Below are positions 8,219-17,280 of a stretch of DNA of 64,000 nt, piece after piece. The position numbers were made by a program, and so were the translations under genes. The notes beneath the pieces were generated by a model. The model did not search any database, was not told the origin of the DNA, and saw only the letters and a list, made by a program, of their open reading frames with translations. This DNA is from an uncultured Cytophagales bacterium (GTDB lineage: Bacteria > Bacteroidota > Bacteroidia > Cytophagales > Spirosomataceae): contig CAWGWS010000002.1 in NCBI GenBank assembly GCA_963826425.1, positions 40,293 through 104,292 of the forward strand. The letters are read 5' to 3'. Within the stretch, counting starts at the first letter, position 1. Every line of letters begins with the position of its first letter.

Positions 8219-9787
8219 TTATCGCTCCGGTCCAGCGTTTTTCCGGGTGGTAGCGGGGCTGATTTTAGCGGGCTTTGCGTCGGGATCGTAAGTGAGTTTT
8301 TGCAGGTAGAATACCTCGCGCTGTCTGGCGACATTGCCGGACGGGGCAATCTTCTGAAAGCCACAGGCCAGAAAATGCCGGTCATGCCAGGCCATCAGGT
8401 TATTTTGTGCCGAGTACATAATGCGCTCATCGCTGGTGCTGGTCTGGAGTTTAGTGTTTTCGCTTTGGCTAAGCACCTTGTTCTTCTGAATGACTTCGGT
8501 GGTAATTTCTCCTTCGTTGGGGTAAGCCAGCACCATGCGGTCGTTCTGTTGCGAGAGCTGTACCATCTCCGTCAGGTCGGGGCTGACCAGTTCTTTGATA
8601 GGCAGGCAGTTGTCCCACAGAAACTTGCCGCCATTGTCGAAGCCGCACACAAACGCGTGGGTGTACCGAAAGCCATCGTAGCGATCGGCTCCGCGCAGGT
8701 AGCCGCTATAGGCCAGGCTGCTGCCCCGGTACTGCGGGTAGTAGACCTCCGCTACCAGCGTAAACCCGTCGGGCGCAGGAATCAGGTCATGGACCAGCAG
8801 GCGGTACCGGAATTTGTAATCTTTACCTTCGTCTTTTTTTCGTTTGGCTTTGGCCAGCAGCTTCTCCTGCCGCCTGGGTTTGAGGTAGTTGAAGAAATTC
8901 TGAAGGTCTGAAAACTCAATATACTGGATGTTCTTTATGGCTTCGGCCGATACGTCGGCGGGGAGTTGATCGGGCTGGTGATGCCGGATCCGGGTTACGT
9001 AGATGCCCTGCGAATAGGGCGTACAGTCAGTTGAGTAATTGCCCACCAGTAAAGATTCCTGGTCGTTTACGGGCAAAAGTTTACCCGAAATCAGGCTGTT
9101 GGTGGCTTTGTCGAAATTGACCACCCGCAGGAGCTTACTGTCATAGCCGTAGGTCCGGATCGAAAACGTGCAGTGTCGGCGGGTAGAATGGACCAATACG
9201 TTTACCTCCTGCCGGGCCTGGTCGAGTTCCAGACTGCTGATCTCCAGATGGTTGGTGTACAGACCGGGCAAGACCCTGGCCGTGCCGTCGAAAAACGAAA
9301 ACGCCATAACGACGGGCCGATGGTTGTGGTAGCCACTCACGTAGGCCTGGCTACCCATAACCTTGAAACCCTGCACATCGAACTGATCGAGCAGAATCCC
9401 GTCGATACTCTGGAGAGTGCCGTCGTCGAGGTTGAGTTTTAGAAATCGGAAACGATTGGTATCATACTCGCGAAACAGGTGGTAAACGTATTGCTGACTC
9501 TGGTAGGAAAGCAGCGGCTGAAACTGAATGTCCTGTTTAAGCTTCGTTTGCCAGAGTGGCTTCAGACTGGTGTCGAATTTCTGAAACGAGAACTGCGACG
9601 CTGAGTTGCTGAAAAAGCCGCCCGTCCGGGTTGTCATCAATACCCCCCGCTCGCCGAGAGGGGTTACGTCGAAGGCTTCGGTCTCGACGGGGTTCGACGG
9701 AATTTCGATCCGCACGGACTGCGCCAGCTGAGCGCGGGCCGTAAGTATGGATAGATGAATCAGCAGAATGAGGAAAAAGCGTAGCAT
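8219..9787 (-). CDS. Hypothetical secreted protein (522 aa), family not recognised
   Basis: A long ORF with a signal-peptide-like N-terminus (MLRFFLILLIHLSILTARAQ) and coding-like composition. I recognise no motif. Confidence 0.7.
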   Translation of the reverse strand: MLRFFLILLIHLSILTARAQLAQSVRIEIPSNPVETEAFDVTPLGERGVLMTTRTGGFFSNSASQFSFQKFDTSLKPLWQTKLKQDIQFQPLLSYQSQQYVYHLFREYDTNRFRFLKLNLDDGTLQSIDGILLDQFDVQGFKVMGSQAYVSGYHNHRPVVMAFSFFDGTARVLPGLYTNHLEISSLELDQARQEVNVLVHSTRRHCTFSIRTYGYDSKLLRVVNFDKATNSLISGKLLPVNDQESLLVGNYSTDCTPYSQGIYVTRIRHHQPDQLPADVSAEAIKNIQYIEFSDLQNFFNYLKPRRQEKLLAKAKRKKDEGKDYKFRYRLLVHDLIPAPDGFTLVAEVYYPQYRGSSLAYSGYLRGADRYDGFRYTHAFVCGFDNGGKFLWDNCLPIKELVSPDLTEMVQLSQQNDRMVLAYPNEGEITTEVIQKNKVLSQSENTKLQTSTSDERIMYSAQNNLMAWHDRHFLACGFQKIAPSGNVARQREVFYLQKLTYDPDAKPAKISPATTRKNAGPER

Positions 9788-10038
9788 AAAGTAAATTTAG
9801 GAAATGTAGCGGGTTTGTTGGGCAGCCATGCGCGGAGAAACAGGACGACCGGCCACCCCAAACAAATAAGTTGCTGATTTCACCGGCTGATTGAGCGGGC
9901 TTTGCTCATGAATCAATTCTCCTGCCAGCGACATTATTTCGAGAATATCCCCAACTTTACCCTTCGTCGGTAGCGGTACCCTTGATTCGTCGCTTCGACA
10001 AAATTAATCTTGAATCAATCCAAAAAACCTCCAATCCA

Positions 10039-11121
10039 ATGACTACTGAATCTGCTGCCCGCTTTGCACCCGGCGTTGTCACCGGAAATGCCGTTACCGA
10101 GCTGTTTCGCCACGCCAATGATAATGACTACGCCCTGCCGGCGGTCAACGTCGTTGGTACCAACTCGGTAAATGCTGTGCTGGAAACAGCCAAAGCCGTT
10201 AACTCGCCCGTCATCATTCAGTTTTCGAACGGGGGGGGCATTTTTTACGCGGGTAAATCGCTCTCGAACGACGGACAGCAGGCCGCCATTGCCGGTTCTA
10301 TTTCAGGGGCTATGCACGTGCATCACGTAGCGGAGCTGTACGGTGTTCCCGTTATTCTGCATACCGACCACTGCGCCAAGAAACTGCTGCCCTGGATTGA
10401 TGGACTGCTGGCCGCCGGCGAGAAGCATTTTGAGCAGACCGGCAAGCCGCTGTACTCGTCGCACATGCTCGATCTGTCGGAAGAGTCGATTGAAGAGAAC
10501 ATTGAAACCTGCGCGCGGTATTTTGAGCGGATGGCCAAGATTGGTATGACGCTGGAAATTGAACTGGGTGTAACGGGTGGCGAAGAAGACGGCGTTGACA
10601 ACACCGACGTGGACGACAGCAAGCTATACACCCAGCCGTCGGAAGTGGCGTATGCCTACGAAGAACTGAGCAAAATCTCGCCGAACTTCACCATCGCGGC
10701 TGCGTTTGGTAACGTGCACGGGGTGTATAAGCCCGGCAACGTAAAGTTGCAGCCCGTTATTCTGAACAACTCGCAGCTGCATATTCAGGAGCAATACAAA
10801 ACGGCAGAACGCCCGGTAAACTTTGTATTCCACGGCGGATCGGGCAGCAGCCGGGAGGAGATCCGCGAAGCCATCCGCTACGGAGCCGTAAAAATGAACC
10901 TGGACACCGATATGCAGTGGGCCATGTGGGAAGGCATCCTGAAGAACTATAAATCGAAGGAAGGCTACCTGCAAACGCAGCTGGGCAGTCCCGACGGTGC
11001 CGACTCGCCCAACAAGAAATACTACGACCCGCGCGTGTGGCTGCGCAAGGGCGAAGAAAGCATGGTACAGCGGCTGAAGGTTGCTTTTGAAGACCTCAAC
11101 TGCATCAACCGGCTGGCTTAG
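10039..11121 (+). CDS. fbaA: Class II fructose-bisphosphate aldolase
   Basis: NDNDYALPAVNV, PVIIQFSNGG, ILHTDHC, GNVHGVYKPGNVKL and FVFHGGSGS are class II FBA motifs. The ORF-track TTG at 9982 was replaced by the ATG at 10039 (MTTESAARF...). Confidence 0.92.
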   Translation: MTTESAARFAPGVVTGNAVTELFRHANDNDYALPAVNVVGTNSVNAVLETAKAVNSPVIIQFSNGGGIFYAGKSLSNDGQQAAIAGSISGAMHVHHVAELYGVPVILHTDHCAKKLLPWIDGLLAAGEKHFEQTGKPLYSSHMLDLSEESIEENIETCARYFERMAKIGMTLEIELGVTGGEEDGVDNTDVDDSKLYTQPSEVAYAYEELSKISPNFTIAAAFGNVHGVYKPGNVKLQPVILNNSQLHIQEQYKTAERPVNFVFHGGSGSSREEIREAIRYGAVKMNLDTDMQWAMWEGILKNYKSKEGYLQTQLGSPDGADSPNKKYYDPRVWLRKGEESMVQRLKVAFEDLNCINRLA

Positions 11122-11136
11122 GTATATTGGTTAGCG

Positions 11137-11176
11137 TAAAAAAGGGGCTGACACCATAGTGTCAGCCCCTTTTTTA
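11137..11176. terminator. Bidirectional intrinsic terminator (fba / convergent membrane-protein gene)
   Basis: A-run, then GGGGCTGACAC (11144-11154), loop CATA, GTGTCAGCCCC (11159-11169), then a T-run (11170-11175). Confidence 0.8.
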
Positions 11177-11180
11177 GAGG

Positions 11181-11534
11181 TTAAAACAACCCCTGCCCAA
11201 ACAGGTTGTCGACAGATACCGGTTCGTTATGCAGGATAAGGAAATAGATCAACCCGGCCAGCACCAGGTAGCTGATGGCCAGCCACTTCTTTTTCTGGGC
11301 AAACTCAACCGGCTGATGGTAATAATCATAGACCATCGACGCGGATAGGCCGGCTACCATCAGGAAGAAAGCAAACACGCCGAAATCGGTTCGGTAGAGG
11401 CTAAACGACTGCATAAACCGCGCCCCTGATACGATATACAATAGCCAGCAGCCAAAGCCCGCCCGGTACAGATACACACTCAGCCGCCGGTCGTTTTTGA
11501 GGTCGAAAATGTCATCGGTGAATTTTTCGGACAT
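11181..11534 (-). CDS. Hypothetical small membrane protein (about 3 TM helices)
   Basis: 117-aa ORF with hydrophobic segments, bracketed by a terminator and a short upstream gap. No family recognised. Confidence 0.6.
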   Translation of the reverse strand: MSEKFTDDIFDLKNDRRLSVYLYRAGFGCWLLYIVSGARFMQSFSLYRTDFGVFAFFLMVAGLSASMVYDYYHQPVEFAQKKKWLAISYLVLAGLIYFLILHNEPVSVDNLFGQGLF

Positions 11535-11594
11535 GACCTTGTTTAGTTATCGTACCTGAAAGTACGAACGATACCCAATAAACGCAAAAATAGG

Positions 11595-12053
11595 ATGACT
11601 GATTCACAAGCCGTTGCCCCCGCTACAGAGTATAACACCATGCAGGTAGAACTCGTCCGGGTGGATGATGCCTTTCATTTTGAAGCTACCGGGCAGTCGA
11701 ACGTAACGCAGCATATCGACGGTTCGGTCGATATTGGCGGACACAACGCCGGGGCGCGACCCATGGAGATGCTGCTGATGGGGCTGGCCGGTTGCTCGGC
11801 CATCGACGTAATTCTAATCCTGAACAAACAGAAGCAGGTGATCGATGATTTTCGTATGACCGTTAATGGGCTGCGCGAAAAAGGAGTAACGCCCGCGACG
11901 TTTCAGAAGATTCATATCACGTATAAACTCAAAGGGCAGCTCGACCCCGAACGCGTCAAACGCGCCGTTGACCTGTCGATGGATAAATACTGCTCGGCCA
12001 CGGCGCAGCTTCGGCCGTCGGCGGATATTACGTTTTCGATTGAATTGAGCTAA
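11595..12053 (+). CDS. OsmC family peroxiredoxin-like protein
   Basis: GARPMEMLLMGLAGCSAIDV and a C-terminal KYCSA provide the two conserved Cys regions of OsmC/Ohr-like proteins. Confidence 0.85.
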   Translation: MTDSQAVAPATEYNTMQVELVRVDDAFHFEATGQSNVTQHIDGSVDIGGHNAGARPMEMLLMGLAGCSAIDVILILNKQKQVIDDFRMTVNGLREKGVTPATFQKIHITYKLKGQLDPERVKRAVDLSMDKYCSATAQLRPSADITFSIELS

Positions 12054-12817
12054 ACCGGCTGGTTATTCATGGGCTGACTTGTTAAGGGTATCCGGCGAGT
12101 CGTCTGCCCGAATAAAACCGTCAGCATACGCGCCAATTCCGCTTGTACCGGTGCGCTGATGCGGACGGTTTCGTTGGTCAGGGGGTGCTGAAACCGGAGC
12201 TGTTGGGCGTGTAGCAGCATGGTATTCATCACAAATTTCTCCAGAAAAAGCCGGTTCTGCTTGTTGCAGCCGTGGGGCCGGTCGCCAATGATGGGATGGA
12301 GAATATGAGCCATATGTTTACGCAGCTGGTGCATACGACCCGTTTCGGGGGTTAGCTCAACCAGCGAATACCGCGACGTTTCGTGCCTGCCGAACGGTAG
12401 CGGTATCTCGGTACGCTGTCTGGTTGTCAGATGCGTGACGGCTTCCTGCAAAATCCCCGCGCCGTTCCCATCGTCGCGCCGGAGCGGGTAGTCGATGGTG
12501 AGGGTATCGGGTGTATAGCCGCGCACAATGGCAAGGTATGATTTTTTGATTTGCCCATTCATAAACTGCTGCTGCATAGCCGCGTTCAGGGCTTCGGTCA
12601 GGGCGAACAGCAGCACCCCACCCGTTTTGCGGTCGAGCCGATGCACGGGATAGACGCGCTGCCCCAGCTGGTCACGCAAAAGCTGCACGGCAAACTCGCT
12701 GGCGTCGGCAGCAAGGGGCGAGCGATGCACCAGCAGGCCATGCGGTTTGTTGATGGCCACCAGGGCATCGTCCTGATACAGGATCGGTAAGGAAACGGGT
12801 TCTGCTACGTCACTCAT
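12050..12817 (-). CDS. RluA-family pseudouridine synthase (TruC-like)
   Basis: The HRLDRKTGGVLLFA catalytic-Asp motif and KSYLAIVRG are present. ATGA overlap with the upstream DinB gene. Confidence 0.85.
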   Translation of the reverse strand: MSDVAEPVSLPILYQDDALVAINKPHGLLVHRSPLAADASEFAVQLLRDQLGQRVYPVHRLDRKTGGVLLFALTEALNAAMQQQFMNGQIKKSYLAIVRGYTPDTLTIDYPLRRDDGNGAGILQEAVTHLTTRQRTEIPLPFGRHETSRYSLVELTPETGRMHQLRKHMAHILHPIIGDRPHGCNKQNRLFLEKFVMNTMLLHAQQLRFQHPLTNETVRISAPVQAELARMLTVLFGQTTRRIPLTSQPMNNQPV

Positions 12818-13383
12818 GCCGGAAAACCCGCGCTGGCTTTTACTTCGTCGATTTGTTTGAGATGCCGCACCGGGTGCAGACCCAGCACCAGCAGGGCCTG
12901 ATACGTGTCGATCCAGCCAAACGCCGGGTGCCGGGCAAAGTGCGTTCTCAGGTTTTCAGTGGCGCGCTCAACAACGCTCAGGTTGGTGGCACGGGCCTGC
13001 TCAAAGGCATCCAGCGCCCCCGAAACCGAGGCAAACTGACCCGCCGGAACAACGGGTTCCGGGGCCGGTAACGTCATGTTTCGGCTCCGGACGGCTTTGA
13101 TAATATCGAGGTCAGATACCCTGATTTCGGCCCGTTTGTCCGGGTTGTCCGGGTAGCTCAATCCTTTCTGGATGCCCTGAAACATAGCCGACTCAACCAG
13201 AACGACGTGCTCGATGTTCTCGCCGATTGACCAGCGGTCTGGACCGGGTTTGTAGGCAAGCTGAACGGCGGTCAGGTTGGCTGCGGCAGCGCGGAGGCTG
13301 TCACGGCCCGTAGTCAGCAGGTCGAGGAGGTAAGCGCGCTGTTCGTCAGTAACGATGGCGGGGTCCTGGGCGGTGGGGAACAT
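12814..13383 (-). CDS. DinB family protein
   Basis: About 190 aa with a four-helix-bundle-like pattern: WSIGENIEHVVLVE, and C-terminal HPVRHLKQI providing His ligands typical of DinB/YfiT. Confidence 0.8.
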   Translation of the reverse strand: MFPTAQDPAIVTDEQRAYLLDLLTTGRDSLRAAAANLTAVQLAYKPGPDRWSIGENIEHVVLVESAMFQGIQKGLSYPDNPDKRAEIRVSDLDIIKAVRSRNMTLPAPEPVVPAGQFASVSGALDAFEQARATNLSVVERATENLRTHFARHPAFGWIDTYQALLVLGLHPVRHLKQIDEVKASAGFPA

Positions 13384-13483
13384 AGTGGCGGGTGAACTTG
13401 GTATACGGCAAAAGTACGCTTATTCGGCGCGCATCAAACCATCCGGCTGCGCAGCGGTTCTATACGAGTACCGTTCCCCCGCT

Positions 13484-14305
13484 ATGAACACACTCGTTAG
13501 CTTGCTTGCCCTGATTATGGGTGCCCTGTTCATTGTCTGGCTGATCTGGTGGTACGTAAAGCGCCGGAAAACCACCAACGAATCTGCCCCGCCCTTACCA
13601 CCCTCGTACCCTGCCCTGCTCGAGAGGCACGTAGGCTATTACCGGGATTTGCCCGATGATAGAAAGGAAGAATTTGAGAAGCGCGTCGGCCAGTTTCTGG
13701 CCCGCATCACCATCGAGGGGGTAGGCGTTACCGTCGATGATACGGACCGCATACTGGTGGCCAGCAGTGCCATTATTCCCATCTTCGGCTTTACCAACTG
13801 GGATTATTACCGCCTGACTAACGTGGTGCTGTACGACGGAAATTTCAGCAAAGATTTTACGGATGAGACCGAGCGAAACGTGCTGGGTATGGTGGGGCAG
13901 GGGGGGGCGCTGCAAAGTTCGATGGTTCTCTCCAAACCGGCTCTGCACGCAGGCTTCGACGTTGACAGCAGCAAATCAAACACCGGCATTCACGAGTTTG
14001 TCCACCTGCTCGACCAGGCCGACGGGGCCGCCGACGGACTGCCCGAGTACCTCCTCGACAAAGACCACACCAAACCGTGGCTGAAACTGATTCACGCCAA
14101 GATCAACGAAATAAAGGCGAACCAGTCCGATATTGACCCCTACGGCATAACCAACGAAGCCGAATTCTTTGCCGTTGCGTCAGAGTACTTTTTCAAACGC
14201 CCCGATCTGTTACAGGAGAAACACCCCCAACTCTTTGCCCGGCTGGAAGAGATGTTTCAACAAAACCCCGCTGTGCCGGACAAAGCCATTGACGAAACGG
14301 AGTAG
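13484..14305 (+). CDS. Zinc-dependent peptidase, MtfA-like (M90 family), with an N-terminal TM anchor
   Basis: HEFVHLLD (an HExxH motif) and EAEFFAVASEYFF are characteristic of MtfA-like proteins. I took the internal ATG at 13484 (MNTLVSLLALIMG...) instead of the ORF-track start at 13355. Confidence 0.8.
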   Translation: MNTLVSLLALIMGALFIVWLIWWYVKRRKTTNESAPPLPPSYPALLERHVGYYRDLPDDRKEEFEKRVGQFLARITIEGVGVTVDDTDRILVASSAIIPIFGFTNWDYYRLTNVVLYDGNFSKDFTDETERNVLGMVGQGGALQSSMVLSKPALHAGFDVDSSKSNTGIHEFVHLLDQADGAADGLPEYLLDKDHTKPWLKLIHAKINEIKANQSDIDPYGITNEAEFFAVASEYFFKRPDLLQEKHPQLFARLEEMFQQNPAVPDKAIDETE

Positions 14306-14332
14306 GTTGGCTGCGCCGTGCTGCGTAACTCC

Positions 14333-15700
14333 TTACCGCGCCACTTCAATCCTGTATTTCTTTCCCTTCATTTTCTCCTCCCGTACAAGCGACAGTAACG
14401 ACTCCACCCGGTCTCGTTTCACGGCCACGAACGACATGAAATCCTGCACGTCGATGCGTCCCAGGTCGGTCTTGTCAAGTTGCCCTTTCTGCAGGCAGAA
14501 GCCTGCAATATCGCCTTTGCTAAGTTTGTTTTTTCTGCCGCCACTGATGTACAGCGTTACAAACTCGGGTGGGCTCGGCAGGGAGTAGGTTCGATCTTTG
14601 GGTAAGGCTTCCTCGTCCAGATCGGCAGGCAGGTATTCTGGTCGGGGCTGGTTGCGGGTCAGCATGACGTAGGCGGTGCCGGTGGCATGCATCCGGGCGG
14701 TGCGGCCATTGCGATGGATAAACTCGTGTTCGTGGCGGGGTAACTCGTAATGAATTACGTGCGGCATATCAGGAATATCCAGGCCGCGGGCCGCCAGATC
14801 GGTTGTAACGAGGTACGAGACGCTGCCGTTTCGAAACCGGATCAGGGCACGTTCACGGTCGGGTTGCTCCAGCCCCCCGTGGTACGTTGCTGCCGACAGC
14901 CCCCGTTTGTTGAGCAGCGCGTTGATGTCTTCCGCAGTCTGACGGAGGTTGGCAAAAATAAGGGCCCCGCCTGGACTGGCCCCGCCTGGATTGGCCCCGC
15001 CGTGAGTCCCACCATTGCCTAATGAACACAGCAGGCGAACCAGCGTATCGGGCTGGGCGTCATTGTCGGCGTACACCACCCGCATGGTCAGGCCGGCCGG
15101 CAGGGCTTCGTCGGTCGTGAAGTCCAGCGTTTGTGGGTTGTTGAGCCGGATAAAGCCGGGAATAGCAACCCCCGCCGTGGCCGACACCAGCACCCGCTTG
15201 CGCAGACCCGTCAGGCCGCTTACAATGAACGCCATCTGGTCGTGAAAGCCCAGCTCAAGCGATTTATCGAACTCATCCAGCACCAGGGTGTGGATATCAT
15301 CGGGCGAGAACGACTGCCGGTCGAGGTGGTCAGCAATCCGGCCGGGTGTGCCAATGAGCAGCGCGGGTGGATTGCTGAGGTTCTTTATTTCGGTGTCAAT
15401 GGGGTGCCCGCCGTAGCAGGTGTTGACCTTGAAACCGGTTCCCATGGCTTTCCAGACCTGCTCTATCTGTAACGCCAGCTCGCGCGAAGGCGTCAGAATG
15501 AGGCATTGTACCGGGCGCAGGTCAGCCTTGAGGAGTTGCGCAATGGGCAGCAGAAACGCCAGCGTTTTACCGGAGCCGGTGGGGGCCATCAGTAAGGTAT
15601 CGGTATCCTCCTGCATGGCGGTCTGCGCGGCTTCCTGCATGGCGTTCAGCGCGTCGATGCCGAGGTTGTTGAGTACTTGCGGTTGTAAATCAGGTGTCAT
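14333..15700 (-). CDS. DEAD-box RNA helicase, DbpA-like, with a C-terminal DbpA RNA-binding domain
   Basis: APTGSGKT, LVLDEFDKSL, SAT and HRNGRTAR are present, with C-terminal LYISGGRKNKLSKGDIAGF... resembling the DbpA RBD. Confidence 0.88.
   Translation of the reverse strand: MTPDLQPQVLNNLGIDALNAMQEAAQTAMQEDTDTLLMAPTGSGKTLAFLLPIAQLLKADLRPVQCLILTPSRELALQIEQVWKAMGTGFKVNTCYGGHPIDTEIKNLSNPPALLIGTPGRIADHLDRQSFSPDDIHTLVLDEFDKSLELGFHDQMAFIVSGLTGLRKRVLVSATAGVAIPGFIRLNNPQTLDFTTDEALPAGLTMRVVYADNDAQPDTLVRLLCSLGNGGTHGGANPGGASPGGALIFANLRQTAEDINALLNKRGLSAATYHGGLEQPDRERALIRFRNGSVSYLVTTDLAARGLDIPDMPHVIHYELPRHEHEFIHRNGRTARMHATGTAYVMLTRNQPRPEYLPADLDEEALPKDRTYSLPSPPEFVTLYISGGRKNKLSKGDIAGFCLQKGQLDKTDLGRIDVQDFMSFVAVKRDRVESLLSLVREEKMKGKKYRIEVAR
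14963..15007 (-). repeat. In-frame 15-bp tandem repeat (3 copies, the third degenerate) inside the dbpA-like gene
   Basis: GGCCCCGCCTGGACT (14963-14977), GGCCCCGCCTGGATT (14978-14992) and GGCCCCGCCGTGAGT (14993-15007). Together they encode the Gly-rich insert THGGANPGGASPGGA between the two RecA-like domains. Confidence 0.85.
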
Positions 15701-15897
15701 ACCCCGAAGGTACGACGCCGGGATTTAGCGTTACCTTTGCGTGATTTCAATAATACCTTTCCCACACCGAAGAACGGCGTATTTCCACCGAGAAAACAGA
15801 CGGCTTCTTACTCGTTAAGTTTGACAAGCCGCTCATCCGCTTTGTGTAAGCCTTGTGTACGCTGTGGGCCCGCCGATGCGGTTAAACTAATTTTTTG

Positions 15898-17235
15898 ATG
15901 ACTTTCAACGATCTCAACCTCAATAAACCGCTGCTCAACGCTCTCGAGGATCTCGGTTATACAACGCCTACCACCATCCAGGCCAACGTCTTTTCGGTGG
16001 CGATGTCGGGCCGCGACGTGTGCGGCATTGCGCAGACCGGAACGGGCAAAACTATTGCGTACCTGCTGCCCTGTTTGCGCCAATGGCAGTTCCAGACCGC
16101 CCAGACCCCGCAGATTCTCATCATCGTGCCCACCCGCGAACTGGTGGTGCAGGTGGCAGAAACCGTGCGTGAACTGACGCAGTCTATGAACGTCGTGACG
16201 GTAGGCGTGTACGGGGGCGTAAACCTGAAACCACAGGCCGCCGAAGTGCAGCAGGGCGCCGACGTACTGGTGGCGACACCGGGCCGACTGGTTGATCTGC
16301 TGCTGAGTGGGGCGGTAAAGATGAAGGCGCTCAAACGACTGGTGATCGACGAAGTGGATGAGATGCTGAACCTCGGCTTTCGGACGCAGCTCAAAACAAT
16401 TCTGGATTTGCTACCGGTCAAACGGCAGAACCTGCTTTTTTCGGCCACGCTCACCACCGAAGTGTCGGACCTGATGGACACGTTTTTCACGAATCCCGTC
16501 CGGGTTGAGGCCGCGCCCGCCGGGAGTGCCGTGGAGACGATTGAACAGCGGGGCTATGCCGTGCCGAATTTTTACACCAAACTGAATCTGCTGAACCTCC
16601 TGCTCCGGCGCGATGCCGACATGACAAAGGTGCTGTTGTTTGTCTCGACCAAGAAGCTGGCCAACGAACTGTTCGACCTGCTCGAAACCGATTTTGCGGA
16701 GCAACTGGGCGTCATTCACGGCAATAAAGCTCAAAATCAGCGGTTCGACGCCGTTGACCGCTTCACCGACGGTACGTTCCGTATCCTGATTGCCACGGAT
16801 ATTGTGGCGCGGGGCATCGACGTAGCGGGCGTGAGTCACGTGATGAATTTCGATTTGCCCGAAACGCCGGAAAACTATGTGCACCGCATTGGCCGCACGG
16901 GCCGCGCCGACCAGCGGGGCATTGCCATCTCGTTCATTACCCCCGCCGAAGCCGACCGGCAAACGGCCATCGAAGCGGTTATGAACGCCCCCATCCCGAT
17001 GCTGCCCCTGCCCGAAAATCTGGCCATCTCCGACGAGCTAACAGACGATGAGCAGCCGAAAATCAACATGAAGATCATTGAGCCGAAGCCCAAACGGGAA
17101 GACGCCGGGGCGGCTTACCACGAAAAATCGGCCAAGAACCAGAAGGTAAACGTCCGGCGCGATATTGCTGCCGAGAAGATGCTCAAGTACGGCAGGCCCA
17201 TCAAACGCAGCGGAAAGAACAGCGGAAAGAAGTAA
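15898..17235 (+). CDS. DEAD-box RNA helicase, RhlE-like, with a basic C-terminal tail
   Basis: AQTGTGKT, VIDEVDEML, SAT and HRIGRTGRA are present, with a Lys/Arg-rich C-terminus. The ORF-track TTG at 15895 is immediately followed by the ATG at 15898. Confidence 0.9.
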   Translation: MTFNDLNLNKPLLNALEDLGYTTPTTIQANVFSVAMSGRDVCGIAQTGTGKTIAYLLPCLRQWQFQTAQTPQILIIVPTRELVVQVAETVRELTQSMNVVTVGVYGGVNLKPQAAEVQQGADVLVATPGRLVDLLLSGAVKMKALKRLVIDEVDEMLNLGFRTQLKTILDLLPVKRQNLLFSATLTTEVSDLMDTFFTNPVRVEAAPAGSAVETIEQRGYAVPNFYTKLNLLNLLLRRDADMTKVLLFVSTKKLANELFDLLETDFAEQLGVIHGNKAQNQRFDAVDRFTDGTFRILIATDIVARGIDVAGVSHVMNFDLPETPENYVHRIGRTGRADQRGIAISFITPAEADRQTAIEAVMNAPIPMLPLPENLAISDELTDDEQPKINMKIIEPKPKREDAGAAYHEKSAKNQKVNVRRDIAAEKMLKYGRPIKRSGKNSGKK

Positions 17236-17280
17236 ACACAACGAAGCCCGGGCAATATGCCCGGGCTTCGTTGTGTTTAC
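17232..17280. terminator. Perfect 23-bp palindromic hairpin spanning both stop codons of convergent genes
   Basis: GTAAACACAACGAAGCCCGGGCA (17232-17254), loop ATA, TGCCCGGGCTTCGTTGTGTTTAC (17258-17280). The TAA of the + gene (17233-17235) and the TAA of ygiQ (17277-17279, minus) both lie inside the stem. There is no separate U-tract. Confidence 0.6.

Noticed and set aside
7983-8291. Short ORFs in the 644-nt gap (7660-7857, 7682-7936, 7776-7979, 7983-8291, 7989-8213)
   Set aside because: They have implausible amino-acid composition (Arg/Gly/Pro/Ser-rich), mutually overlap, and show no motifs. The region is treated as non-coding.
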